Positions 11,105 to 19,647 are shown, counted from the first letter of the whole stretch. The stretch is DNA of 62,823 bases, filler included, from Chlamydiia bacterium (GCA_903848235.1; 9 parts of 9 records of this genome joined end to end with filler, not necessarily neighbours in it), one strand, 5' to 3'. Translations and numbers: made by a program. The notes: generated from the letters alone by a model not told the origin.

Positions 11105-11332
11105 NNNNNNNNNNNNNNNNNNNNNNNNNNNNNNNNNNNNNNNNNNNNTTAATTAATTAANNNNNNNNNNNNNNNNNNNNNNNNNNNNNNNNNNNNNNNN
11201 NNNNAAAAGGGTCTTGAATCTTGTAGGTGAGATGCCTCCACGCGAATCGACAGCAGAGCTGCTAGGCTGTCGTATCTAGACAACCGTTCACAATGGCCTG
11301 AAAGGGCTATATGTCCACATTTGTATAGATTT

Positions 11333-11518
11333 TTAGAAGCGGCAAATGTCTCGCTTGGCAAATTGTTTATCGAGTAGAGAGGTGACCGTTGTCCCTCCAT
11401 TTTTAGGGATGTGGTGAAAAAGAAGAATTTCGTTTGAAAAAAGGGAACCTGCGTCGTTGTTGAAGGTAAAAAATACCAAAAGTGGTAGTAAAAAAAGAAA
11501 GTAGGCAGAACGTTTCAT
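11333..11518 (-). pseudogene. Truncated sulfotransferase-family gene
   Basis: Signal peptide and LFHHIPKNGGTTV PAPS-binding motif, then a stop after 61 aa. Confidence 0.6.
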
Positions 11519-11566
11519 GATCGGTTTTTTGTCTCCTTCACGTGTTTTCTGGGCTTGTCGAACCTG
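11474..11566. repeat. About 90-bp degenerate direct repeat; partner copy at 12930-13020
   Basis: accaaaagtggtagtaaaaaaagaaagtaggc..cttcacg..aacctg versus accacaagtggtagtaaaaaaaagtaggc..cttcacg..aacctg. Confidence 0.85.
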
Positions 11567-11657
11567 AAAACTCCCATCATCCGCACCCGACGTCGTTCAC
11601 AAAACGGATGTTGTGTTTCTTGAGAAAGCGCTGTGAAAAATTTCGATACTCTTCCGA

Positions 11658-11689
11658 CTGGACTTTAGCATTTTTTGGGTACCGAGTTC
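11658..11689. mobile_element. MITE-A end fragment
   Basis: ctggactttagcattttttgggtaccgagttc matches the end of the 61852-62008 element. Confidence 0.85.
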
Positions 11690-11727
11690 TTAAATCATAA
11701 CTGTATGGATGGACCAGCGGTACCTAA

Positions 11728-12501
11728 TTACTTCCTACCGTCAAGCCGCCAGCTAGATTTTGGATTAAAGTTAATCATTTTGCCCGTTTCTTCTAAGCTA
11801 ACAAGCTCGACACGGGGGTTGTGTTGCATACACTGGTCGTAATACTCACTTATGCCTGCGTTCCCAGAAATATACAAAATATCGTAATCGCAATGAACTT
11901 TGTTTTTTTTAACTCGGGTTACCAAAAAATCAACTAACTTTCTTAAAATTTTATTTTTCTTAGTTGAGCAGGAAAAGACTTGACTCGCCACGCGAACGAG
12001 CTCCTCCGGCTCCCCTCTTCGAATAGGGTTCTGAGCCATCTGTTGAGCAAACTCCTGGGTGAGGATGCATTCTGTAAAAAGACGAATTTGTTTGCCGTTG
12101 CAAGGAAGAAACCCTGTCATAGACTCTACCAAAGGGATGGAGTGGTATTGCCAATAGATACCCCCAAAGTGGTACACCACAAGCCAGCGCAAAACATCAA
12201 CGTACATCACAGGACGGGCGGCATGCTGCTGGAGTACGCTCCAAATCTTCGGATAGTGTTTCAGACAAAAGTTTTTAGCCTTACTGTATGTCCACATGAC
12301 AACGCGCCCATGATCCTTCTGTACTCTTTTTTGCATTTCAAGATATGGCTGATGATCGAAATTCTGCTCGTTTTCCAATAGATGCTGATCGCGATCCCAC
12401 GGAAAATACATCATGTGGACAAGCAGGGGGGGACGATGCGCTGGCTTCGCCTCTAGTTGACTGTAGAGGCCAAGGCTCATACTCAGTACGAAAAAAACCA
12501 C
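11728..12501 (-). CDS. GT32/DXD-sugar-binding-like glycosyltransferase; 5' end possibly frameshifted
   Basis: DVLRWLVVYHFGGIYW resembles the D.LR..L..GGIY.D.D motif, but DxD is replaced by QYH. Confidence 0.6.
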   Translation of the reverse strand: MVFFVLSMSLGLYSQLEAKPAHRPPLLVHMMYFPWDRDQHLLENEQNFDHQPYLEMQKRVQKDHGRVVMWTYSKAKNFCLKHYPKIWSVLQQHAARPVMYVDVLRWLVVYHFGGIYWQYHSIPLVESMTGFLPCNGKQIRLFTECILTQEFAQQMAQNPIRRGEPEELVRVASQVFSCSTKKNKILRKLVDFLVTRVKKNKVHCDYDILYISGNAGISEYYDQCMQHNPRVELVSLEETGKMINFNPKSSWRLDGRK

Positions 12502-12991
12502 ATGCTTTTTCGAAACATAGTCACAATCTCCCGCGTTGCTATGTACTCGTTCTCGGGTGTAAGAGGGGGAGTGAAAAATTTTTCAGGTTTTCTATTCCCT
12601 CTTACACCCAGAGATCGGAGTCGTTGCTCTTCTCTCTTGATGAGGCGTTTTTGGAAGCTTTATTACTTGGCGAATCTCAGAGGTATCGTAAGACTTTTCC
12701 GCGACAAAAACACTGTAACTTTCAACTGTCAGCGGTATATGAAAGTCTAGAAAATATCAAAAGCACGATTTATGGACAGTTCAAAATTTTGCAACCATTC
12801 AACGGTGTACTGTGGAGCGATGGGCAGTGCCTTTTAATTAAAAATATTTGACACCCTTTTTTTGTTATAAATCCTTTATATCCCAGAGTTTGAAAAAAAG
12901 AAGCTTGTGCCGCATTTGGAAGAGAAAACTACCACAAGTGGTAGTAAAAAAAAGTAGGCTGAAAGTTTAATAATCGTTTTTTTTGTCTTCT

Positions 12992-14053
12992 TCACGTTTT
13001 TTCAGGGCCTGTTGAACCTGCTTGAGGAGGTGGGGGTGGAGGCGGAGCTTCTTCTTTTGGTGGTATTTGTGGGATAGGAAGAGGTCCTCGGTCGAGCAGA
13101 TACTGGCAGACAGCGATGCTGGTATTCAGGCCATTGGCAGCAGCAGAAATGCCATTTAAAAACTCCCGAGAGGCTACTTCTCCACAGGCAAAAAGACCGC
13201 TGCTTGGTGTGATGCCAGTATCTGCATAGGTAATAATAGCTCCTGAAGAGTCCATCGACGTTATGCTGTGAACGAGAGAGGATTGAGGAGTCCACTCATC
13301 GGCGAAGATAACCCACGACGCCTCTTGGATGTTCTTCGACCCTTTGTACAAAGATTCTATGAGGGCACGGCTCTTGAGGCTGTTGATAGCTGTTATCCTG
13401 TCGCTTTTTACCCATGTGATGGTGGGAAGCTTCCTGGCAATCCTCTCTTTAAGAGAGCCTGATGACTTCCAGGGGGGCTGGAGAAAGAGATAGAGACGTT
13501 TGATCCGTGCGGCAATGCGAATTGCGCATGTGAGCGTGTATTCGCTGTTGCCAATGAGGATAGCAGTGTCTGAGGAGAGAAGAAAAGATTCATCATACAG
13601 GCGTGAGAGCACCCGCGTTGGCTCCTCTGTCGTAATGACAGTTTTTAAGGGAGGGGGTTCTTTGCCAGTAGCCATGACAATGGCAGGGGCGTGGAAGATC
13701 CCCATGTCTGTTGTAATATGAAAAACACCTTGGTTTTTGGTGACAGCCTTTACGTGTGTGAAGGCGCATATCCCCCCATTCTTTATGAAGTCTTTTCGTA
13801 ATTCCTCGAGTGTTTTCTGCCAGGTCATAGCAGGGTGGCCGGGCCAGTTCGTCACTTGAAGCTTTGGATAGAAAATACCATTTTTTTCTTCATCGCACAC
13901 CAGGGTTGGATATCCTGTCTTTGCGCAGGCTGTAGCGCATGCAAGGCCTGCTGGGCCTCCACCGATAACGATGACGGCGAACGATCGTTGAATTTCTTGG
14001 CCGTAGGCACAGAAAGGTGCCAGAAGAGAGCAGAGAACGATCAAAAGCTTCAT
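12992..14053 (-). CDS. TrxB-like FAD-dependent oxidoreductase with signal peptide and Pro-rich tail
   Basis: VIGGGPAG, VMATG and GLFACGEV motifs; no CxxC; start at ATG 14053 inferred from the reconstructed empty IS site. Confidence 0.75.
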   Translation of the reverse strand: MKLLIVLCSLLAPFCAYGQEIQRSFAVIVIGGGPAGLACATACAKTGYPTLVCDEEKNGIFYPKLQVTNWPGHPAMTWQKTLEELRKDFIKNGGICAFTHVKAVTKNQGVFHITTDMGIFHAPAIVMATGKEPPPLKTVITTEEPTRVLSRLYDESFLLSSDTAILIGNSEYTLTCAIRIAARIKRLYLFLQPPWKSSGSLKERIARKLPTITWVKSDRITAINSLKSRALIESLYKGSKNIQEASWVIFADEWTPQSSLVHSITSMDSSGAIITYADTGITPSSGLFACGEVASREFLNGISAAANGLNTSIAVCQYLLDRGPLPIPQIPPKEEAPPPPPPPQAGSTGPEKT

Positions 14054-14140
14054 CATATTGACGACGCGGAAACCCAATCCTTTAGGTTTGGGAGGAAGCG
14101 TCGCTCCTTAAAATTGTTGTTACTTCTCTAGCGTTTAACT

Positions 14141-15463
14141 TCACATGCCAACCCCAAGCTGTCCAGAGCCAGCACCATCTCGGCAACACAAGTACGAATA
14201 GCCGTCAGCATTATGTTGTTTCCGGCAAAACCTGTGCGAAATCCCCTGCACAACCCCATTTTCAGTGGAAACATTGAAGAATCCGCTTGTCCTGACGGCT
14301 ACTTTTCCGCGGTATATCCCAATTTTTTTTCCAGTGGTTACGTGCGCGACGACAATGTCCCCTGTTTTAAACCCATTGACGACACGAATGGGCATTGCTT
14401 TTGACCTCTGGAAGCCATGCTTATCGACAAGACAAAGCTGCCTGTCTCCGTGCCCTGTTGCTTTGACGCTTTTGGCCCTTAGGCTAGTGAGATGGATTTT
14501 TTCTCCAGTTTCTCCAACGCAAGCAGCATCAATCCAGTGGTCTTTTGGGTATCCCTGGGAGATTCTGTTTTTTTTGGTCCTTCCACCGCTCCAGAATGTT
14601 GAGGGCAGCCCAATCGACTGGACAGCGTTTCCACAAACGAGCCTTGTTGCATTCACTGCCGCTGCGTCTTTAAGAGGCGCCTTGGCGTCCCTGAGAATGC
14701 GCTCTAGTGCCCCCGGTTTTCTTTTGAGGAACTCTCTGACATTTTGGTCCCTCTTTTTCTCGTTGCACTCACGACAGGCGAGCGTCAGATTTGAAATTCT
14801 ATTCGTTCCGCCTTTAGATTTTGGTTGGATATGTTCTACCTCTATCGGTACGTTTTCTTTTCCGCAGTAGGCGCACTTTCTTCCCCATTTTTCCAGAAGG
14901 TATTCTCGAACCTCGTATCCAAGAAGCTCACCTTGTTGGTATTCGACTCCCGACATTTCGGGGTCTTGCATCTTCTGCATATCAAAACGAACGGTCTCGA
15001 CAGCACAAAAAGAGAGGGGGGAAAGTCTCTGAATCCTCTTTGCCCACGTTTCAATATTGTGAACGCGAGACATAAGAGAAGGAGGCAGCCATCCGTCTCT
15101 GCGATGTCGATTCAGAAAGCGTGATTCCCTATGTCTGGTATGTCTGTTACGTCTTGAGCGTCGTACACCTCGTCGTTGCAGCAGCCGGTTTTTAATACTT
15201 TGACCCCGATGCTGAAGATTGATTCCGACTACGACCTTTCTCTTGTTTTTTCCATGAACCACAAGAGCAATGCCTGTCGTTTTACTCCCTGGATCAACCT
15301 TAAGTTCCAGAGGTTGGGTTTCTCCGTCCTCACGGTCCTTTAGAATGATCGTGAATGGGTAGCAGCGAAAAACCGCGGCTTTCTTGCGTTCTAAAAAGAG
15401 GCGTGCTCTCTTTGGAGTGCACGGCATCAAACGCTTTTTCGTACTTGACAAAACAAAAACCAC
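14141..15463 (-). CDS. iscB: IscB RNA-guided endonuclease (OMEGA system, Cas9 ancestor)
   Basis: PLMP-like RLMPC..RAR; RuvC-I VDPGSKTTG; Arg-rich bridge helix RRGVRRSRRNR; RuvC-II VETVRFD; HNH CAYCG..EHIQP..GG.NRISNL..C..CN; RuvC-III HWIDA; C-terminal DGYSY. Confidence 0.96.
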   Translation of the reverse strand: MVFVLSSTKKRLMPCTPKRARLFLERKKAAVFRCYPFTIILKDREDGETQPLELKVDPGSKTTGIALVVHGKNKRKVVVGINLQHRGQSIKNRLLQRRGVRRSRRNRHTRHRESRFLNRHRRDGWLPPSLMSRVHNIETWAKRIQRLSPLSFCAVETVRFDMQKMQDPEMSGVEYQQGELLGYEVREYLLEKWGRKCAYCGKENVPIEVEHIQPKSKGGTNRISNLTLACRECNEKKRDQNVREFLKRKPGALERILRDAKAPLKDAAAVNATRLVCGNAVQSIGLPSTFWSGGRTKKNRISQGYPKDHWIDAACVGETGEKIHLTSLRAKSVKATGHGDRQLCLVDKHGFQRSKAMPIRVVNGFKTGDIVVAHVTTGKKIGIYRGKVAVRTSGFFNVSTENGVVQGISHRFCRKQHNADGYSYLCCRDGAGSGQLGVGM

Positions 15464-15465
15464 AA

Positions 15466-15741
15466 ACGTTTCTCAGTTGCCCTTACGGGCCTGTATAATG
15501 TTCGCCTCGACCTTGTCTTCTGTGGGTTTTTGTAAATATCCTTCAGGGTTTACACTTCGCCCTAGCATGAACATTTACCGCAGAGTCCGGGACTGGCAAC
15601 GCATCCAGAGAGTGCCTATTTCGGCAAGGTTCCCCTTGCCATTCCACAAAATCGTCTCCTCGGATACCCGAGGGGTCTGGTCAACCGCCTTTGGAGATTT
15701 CTCCCTTCAAGCCTCTCCCTTTAGGGAGGGGTGTGGTTGAC
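15466..15741 (-). ncRNA. omegaRNA (HEARO-like) scaffold; guide predicted from the 5' flank, about 15742-15760
   Basis: Minus strand starts GTCAACC..CCCCTCCCTAAAGGGAGAGGCTTG..GGTTGACCAG, followed by several hairpins and a 3' GCCCGTAAGGGC hairpin directly upstream of iscB; 3' boundary approximate. Confidence 0.85.
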
Positions 15742-16778
15742 GTTGACGCTTCCTCAATAAGTGATCGAATAAGATCCGTGTCTGATGGCGGCTGAAGAGG
15801 ATCGTTCGGTAAAGATGGGATGACAGTCAGATGGTCGAAGTTTGGAAAGTCAGGACTGTCGATGGCCGCTAGAATCCTATACGCAATCGCCCCTTCTTCA
15901 AGAGGTGATACGGAAGCCACCGTTGCTACGCGAAGGCCTCTTGGAAAAATACCATCCAGGCCGCTGGTTTCTAAAAGGTCGCCGGGCTTTATCAAGAGGA
16001 TTTTCTGCTCTTGCAGCGACTTCTGTCCTGTCCTCAGATCCCTTTTTGGGCCCTCTTCATCATCGAAGTCGTAGTTAAATCCAACACCTCGAAGTATTGT
16101 AGGCGATGATGGGTATTCAGCACCCTGCAGCTCCCCCTTTGCCAGCCGTAACTCACTGCTCTGAGGGAGGGATTGAAGGAGGCAGTCGAGGAGACGAGAA
16201 AGAGCGGATGCCAGCTCTGGCTTTGGCAGCAGGGAGGGGTTCAGAGCGGTTGCTTTTTGAATCTCCTGAACAGCTTGGACGAGATGTCTGACCTGGCTAT
16301 TCTCACGAACTACTCGTACGGCAGGACGCACATACGGGTCGGAGAGCAGCCGAACGCGGCTTGCCTTTTTCCCAACAAAATCAATGATTCCTACGAGTGA
16401 ATCACGAACCACCACAGGGCAGTTTTTCTGTAAGCGAAAGGAAATGCCAGGCGTCTGTTTTCCAATATCGATCCACACAGTGTTGCTCCACGGTGTGTTT
16501 GCTTGGAAAATGACATTGGCAACTCGATATGGATATCGATTTTCTAGTGCTTCTCCAGAGTCTGTTGCTGCGGCTTGGCGTTCTTCTTCGTGCTCTTCAG
16601 CCCATGAGATGAGGGCGTCTTGCGGTAGACTGGATGGCTGTATCTCTGCATTGCCACTGAGCATCGATGCTACGATGCTTGATGCTCTCGTATGAATAGA
16701 GCGATTTGCCTCTTCGGGAAGCCCGATGAGGGTGGCAGCAAAAAACCATAATGGAAGAAACCATGTCTGTGATGACAT
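15681..16778 (-). CDS. mreC: Rod shape-determining MreC-like protein; last 19 aa supplied by the IS
   Basis: VWIDIG, PVVV..LVG.I..VG...SRVRLLSDP and GDLLETSGLDGIFPRGL.VA.V motifs. Confidence 0.8.
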   Translation of the reverse strand: MSSQTWFLPLWFFAATLIGLPEEANRSIHTRASSIVASMLSGNAEIQPSSLPQDALISWAEEHEEERQAAATDSGEALENRYPYRVANVIFQANTPWSNTVWIDIGKQTPGISFRLQKNCPVVVRDSLVGIIDFVGKKASRVRLLSDPYVRPAVRVVRENSQVRHLVQAVQEIQKATALNPSLLPKPELASALSRLLDCLLQSLPQSSELRLAKGELQGAEYPSSPTILRGVGFNYDFDDEEGPKRDLRTGQKSLQEQKILLIKPGDLLETSGLDGIFPRGLRVATVASVSPLEEGAIAYRILAAIDSPDFPNFDHLTVIPSLPNDPLQPPSDTDLIRSLIEEASTSTTPLPKGRGLKGEISKGG

Positions 16779-16872
16779 TACCCTACCTCGATGTACTCCA
16801 TGGTCGAACACCCGCGAAATGTGGGATTAAGAGTCAAAAGCCACTCTTATTTGTAGAATACATCAAATTCCC

Positions 16873-16902
16873 TTGAGACAAAAGGGGAGTCTTTTCTACC
16901 AT
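16873..16902 (+). promoter_or_regulatory. Putative sigma70-type promoter of tRNA-Ala
   Basis: TTGAGA-N18-TACCAT ending 13 bp before the tRNA. Confidence 0.5.
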
Positions 16903-16915
16903 TGAATCACCTTCC

Positions 16916-16988
16916 GGGGCGTTAGCTCATCTGGTAGAGCGCAACAATGGCATTGTTGAGGCGATCGGTTCGAGTCCGATACGCTCCA
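16916..16988 (+). tRNA. tRNA-Ala(GGC)
   Basis: Acceptor stem GGGGCGT/ACGCTCC with G3-U70; anticodon arm CAACA-ATGGCAT-TGTTG; GGTTCGAGTCC T-arm; CCA not encoded. Confidence 0.96.
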
Positions 16989-17000
16989 GGGTTTCTTTTT

Positions 17001-17113
17001 ATACCCAACCAATTCTTCAACTTGTTTGGGCATATCTCCATCTATGATAAATGCAAGAAGTCTAAAGAGAGAACGCTCTGCGAAATCGGTGCCTCAAAAA
17101 TGCTAAAGTCCAG
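17001..17113. mobile_element. Composite remnant of a collapsed MITE-B (17001-17031) and a MITE-A half (17041-17113), just downstream of tRNA-Ala
   Basis: atacccaaccaattcttcaacttgtttggg and tctatgataaatgc..tgctaaagtccag. Confidence 0.8.
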
Positions 17114-17285
17114 CGTAGCTCTTTTGGCGGCATTGCGATATTCTTTCGCAGGTTATTATGTCGAGTGGGACTGGTGAAGAGTAGGCCCGGTATTCAAAAA
17201 AAAGTTTTTTGCTTTTTTTGATCCGCGTTCTACACTCTCTCAAAGAGCCGTTATAAAGAAGATAGCATCAATTGAAAGGGTGTGT

Positions 17286-18920
17286 ATGACTCAGTCTTTT
17301 GAAGAGTTTACTCCAGAACAAGAAGCCTTGTTAGGCCGTTTTGTCACGAATACGAAAAGCTCTATCTTTGCGCTCTACAACCTTCCAGAGGTTGTCAAAG
17401 GAGCTCTCTTCTCCCGCTATTCTCGGTCTACACTTGGATTGCGGTCCTTGCTTTTACGTGAATTTCTCTTGAATCAAGAGGAGTCTGGCCTGACAGATAT
17501 GCAGGGAGGTGTATCAGAGACCTTCATGAAAGACCAGCTGCTGGCGATAAAAAAGGCACAGAGTTTCTATGACCGTATTTTGGATGGTTATGGCGATGAT
17601 TCGATAGGAGAGCTCGGCGGAGCCCACCTTGCGATAGAAAATGTCTCTATGATCGCTGCAAAAGCCATCGAAGACTGTCGCATTGGTGGCTCTCCTCTTG
17701 AAAAATCTACCCGCTACATCTATTTTGATCAAAAAATTCAGGGGGAATACCTTTTTCATCGGGAAGCTGTCCTCATGACCTCGGCTTGGAAGTCTTTGTA
17801 TGTGAATACCTGTAACATGCTCTTTGACACTTATTCTCGACTCATCCCTCCATTGACAACATACATGACAAACAGATACCCCAAAGAGCCCGAGGTGTCG
17901 ACAAATGCTTATACAGCTGCTGTGCGTGCCAAGGTCCTCGACTGTGTCAGAGGGCTTCTGCCAGCGTCAACGCTGACCAATATAGGTCTTTTTGGCAATG
18001 GCCGGTTTTATGAAGGCCTCCTTCATAAAATGCAGGTACAGAATTTAGCGGAGCTGCGTGAGATCGGGCGTCTTTCCTACGACGAATTGTCAAAGGTCAT
18101 CCCGTCTTTTGTCAGAAGGGCTGACAGCCATCACAAGACCCATGTTCAATATGCTCAATTTCAAGAGGCCATGCGCTCTGAGCTGAAGACATTGGCAGCC
18201 ACCGTTCCTCAAGAGCACAAGACTACTCCCTCCACCTCTTCTGTTCGTCTTATTACGTCCGATCCTGATGCCGTGCTGAAAGTTGCCGCTGCTCTTTTAT
18301 ATTCCGAGACAGATGTTGGGATGTCAGATCTCTTAGAATATTGCCGCACGATGGACCATGAAGAGGTGGCGAAGATTCTCGACGCGGCCGCTGTGTATCG
18401 TGAAACGCGTAGAGATAAATCTCCCCGTGCCTTAGAAAATGCTGTTTTTACCTTCGAAGTGATCACTGACTTCGGGGCGTATCGTGATCTACAACGCCAT
18501 CGCACCCTCACACAAGAGCGGCAGCTGCTCACCTGCAATCTTGGATATTATGTTCCTAAAGAACTATCCGAAAGCGGGGTGGAAAAGGAATATCGTACTG
18601 CCATGGAGGCTGCTAAAGTTGCTTTTGATACTATTTCAAGAGAGCTTCCTGAAGAGGCGCAATATCTGGTGCCAATGGCATATAATATCCGTTGGTACTT
18701 TACCATTAATCTTCGGTCGTTGCAGTGGCTCTTAGAGCTACGCTCGCAAAGTGCTGGGCACATTTCATATCGCCTTGTGGCTCAGCAGATGGCGCGAAGC
18801 GTCATCGATGCGTTTCCTCAATTTGAGCGGTTTTTACGCTTTGTTGATTATGATGGGCATGACATAGGGCGTCTGGATCAAGAAATACGAGCAGAGCAGA
18901 AAAAGATGGCAAGTACGTAG
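17286..18920 (+). CDS. thyX: FAD-dependent thymidylate synthase, two-domain chlamydial type
   Basis: GALFSRYSRS, YGDDSIGELG, EKSTRY and RDLQRHR motifs; about 545 aa. Confidence 0.92.
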   Translation: MTQSFEEFTPEQEALLGRFVTNTKSSIFALYNLPEVVKGALFSRYSRSTLGLRSLLLREFLLNQEESGLTDMQGGVSETFMKDQLLAIKKAQSFYDRILDGYGDDSIGELGGAHLAIENVSMIAAKAIEDCRIGGSPLEKSTRYIYFDQKIQGEYLFHREAVLMTSAWKSLYVNTCNMLFDTYSRLIPPLTTYMTNRYPKEPEVSTNAYTAAVRAKVLDCVRGLLPASTLTNIGLFGNGRFYEGLLHKMQVQNLAELREIGRLSYDELSKVIPSFVRRADSHHKTHVQYAQFQEAMRSELKTLAATVPQEHKTTPSTSSVRLITSDPDAVLKVAAALLYSETDVGMSDLLEYCRTMDHEEVAKILDAAAVYRETRRDKSPRALENAVFTFEVITDFGAYRDLQRHRTLTQERQLLTCNLGYYVPKELSESGVEKEYRTAMEAAKVAFDTISRELPEEAQYLVPMAYNIRWYFTINLRSLQWLLELRSQSAGHISYRLVAQQMARSVIDAFPQFERFLRFVDYDGHDIGRLDQEIRAEQKKMAST

Positions 18921-19036
18921 TCTGATTTTTCGAAAAAGTTAAACCGTTGCACCCATGACAGCAACCTCTCTAAGCGTGATTCAGATTGATAATACCAACT
19001 ATATTTGGTATTATACCATTAATAGGGGATTGGCCT

Positions 19037-19225
19037 ATGCCTATGAGTGGCAAAGAGATGGGGAAGCTTTTTCAGAGAGAAGGTTTTGAGATCATTAAGG
19101 GTCAAGGGAAAGGGTCTCACATAAAACTGAGAAAGGGTTTTATGACGGTCATTGTGCCAAACCATAAGGAATTGAAAAAAGGACTCGAGCACGCCCTTAG
19201 AAAGCAGTTGGAGGAAGTAAAATGA
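19037..19225 (+). CDS. hicA: HicA-family toxin
   Basis: GKGSHIKL..VIVPNHKELKKG. Confidence 0.9.
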   Translation: MPMSGKEMGKLFQREGFEIIKGQGKGSHIKLRKGFMTVIVPNHKELKKGLEHALRKQLEEVK

Positions 19226-19647
19226 AATACCATTTCAAAATCCACAGGGAATCCGGTGGATTCTGGGCTGAGTGCTTGGAGATTCCAGGTTGTATGACCC
19301 AGGGTGATTCGAAAGATGAGCTTTTTGCCAATATGCAGGAGGCGATTAATACATGTCTCGAAGAGCCGGAGGGGGGGGCTTTTTTAGCGCCACTTCCAGA
19401 CGACTCCTACACTCCCTCACGCTCTGTAGTTGAAGTACGTGTGGATCCCGAGATTGCCTTAGGATTTATGGTTAGGCGTCATCGTATACAAGAAGGTATG
19501 ACGCAGAAAGAAGCCGCAAAAAATCTTGGGATGAAGAACATATTTAGTTACCAGAGGCTGGAGCGTCGGTGTAATACAACCGTAGGAATGCTCGGGAAGC
19601 TACTCGTATTGTTCCCATTACTCTCGCTCAATAAAGTGTTTGAATAG
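19222..19647 (+). CDS. hicB: HicB-family antitoxin with C-terminal HTH
   Basis: FWAECLEIPGCMTQGDS.DE...NMQEAI; XRE-type HTH; ATGA overlap with hicA. Confidence 0.9.
   Translation: MKYHFKIHRESGGFWAECLEIPGCMTQGDSKDELFANMQEAINTCLEEPEGGAFLAPLPDDSYTPSRSVVEVRVDPEIALGFMVRRHRIQEGMTQKEAAKNLGMKNIFSYQRLERRCNTTVGMLGKLLVLFPLLSLNKVFE

Larger units (their letters stand above)
14054..15741. mobile_element. Non-autonomous IS200/IS605-superfamily element carrying iscB and omegaRNA (no tnpA)
   Basis: Subterminal hairpins CCCAATCCT-TT-AGGTTTGGG (14073-14092) and CCTCTCCCT-TT-AGGGAGGGG (15712-15731), preceded by GAAA and CAAG that match cleavage sites TCAT and TGAC; in-silico excision restores the flanking gene junction. 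Confidence 0.88.

Noticed and set aside
14141..15463. Possible small Cas9
   Set aside because: Only 440 aa with a PLMP N-terminus, no REC lobe and no array or cas1/cas2; fits IscB
15736..15747. Tandem GTTGAC GTTGAC as a target-site duplication
   Set aside because: Both copies are on the same side of the element; IS200/IS605 elements make no TSD; one copy is the element end and the other is mreC sequence
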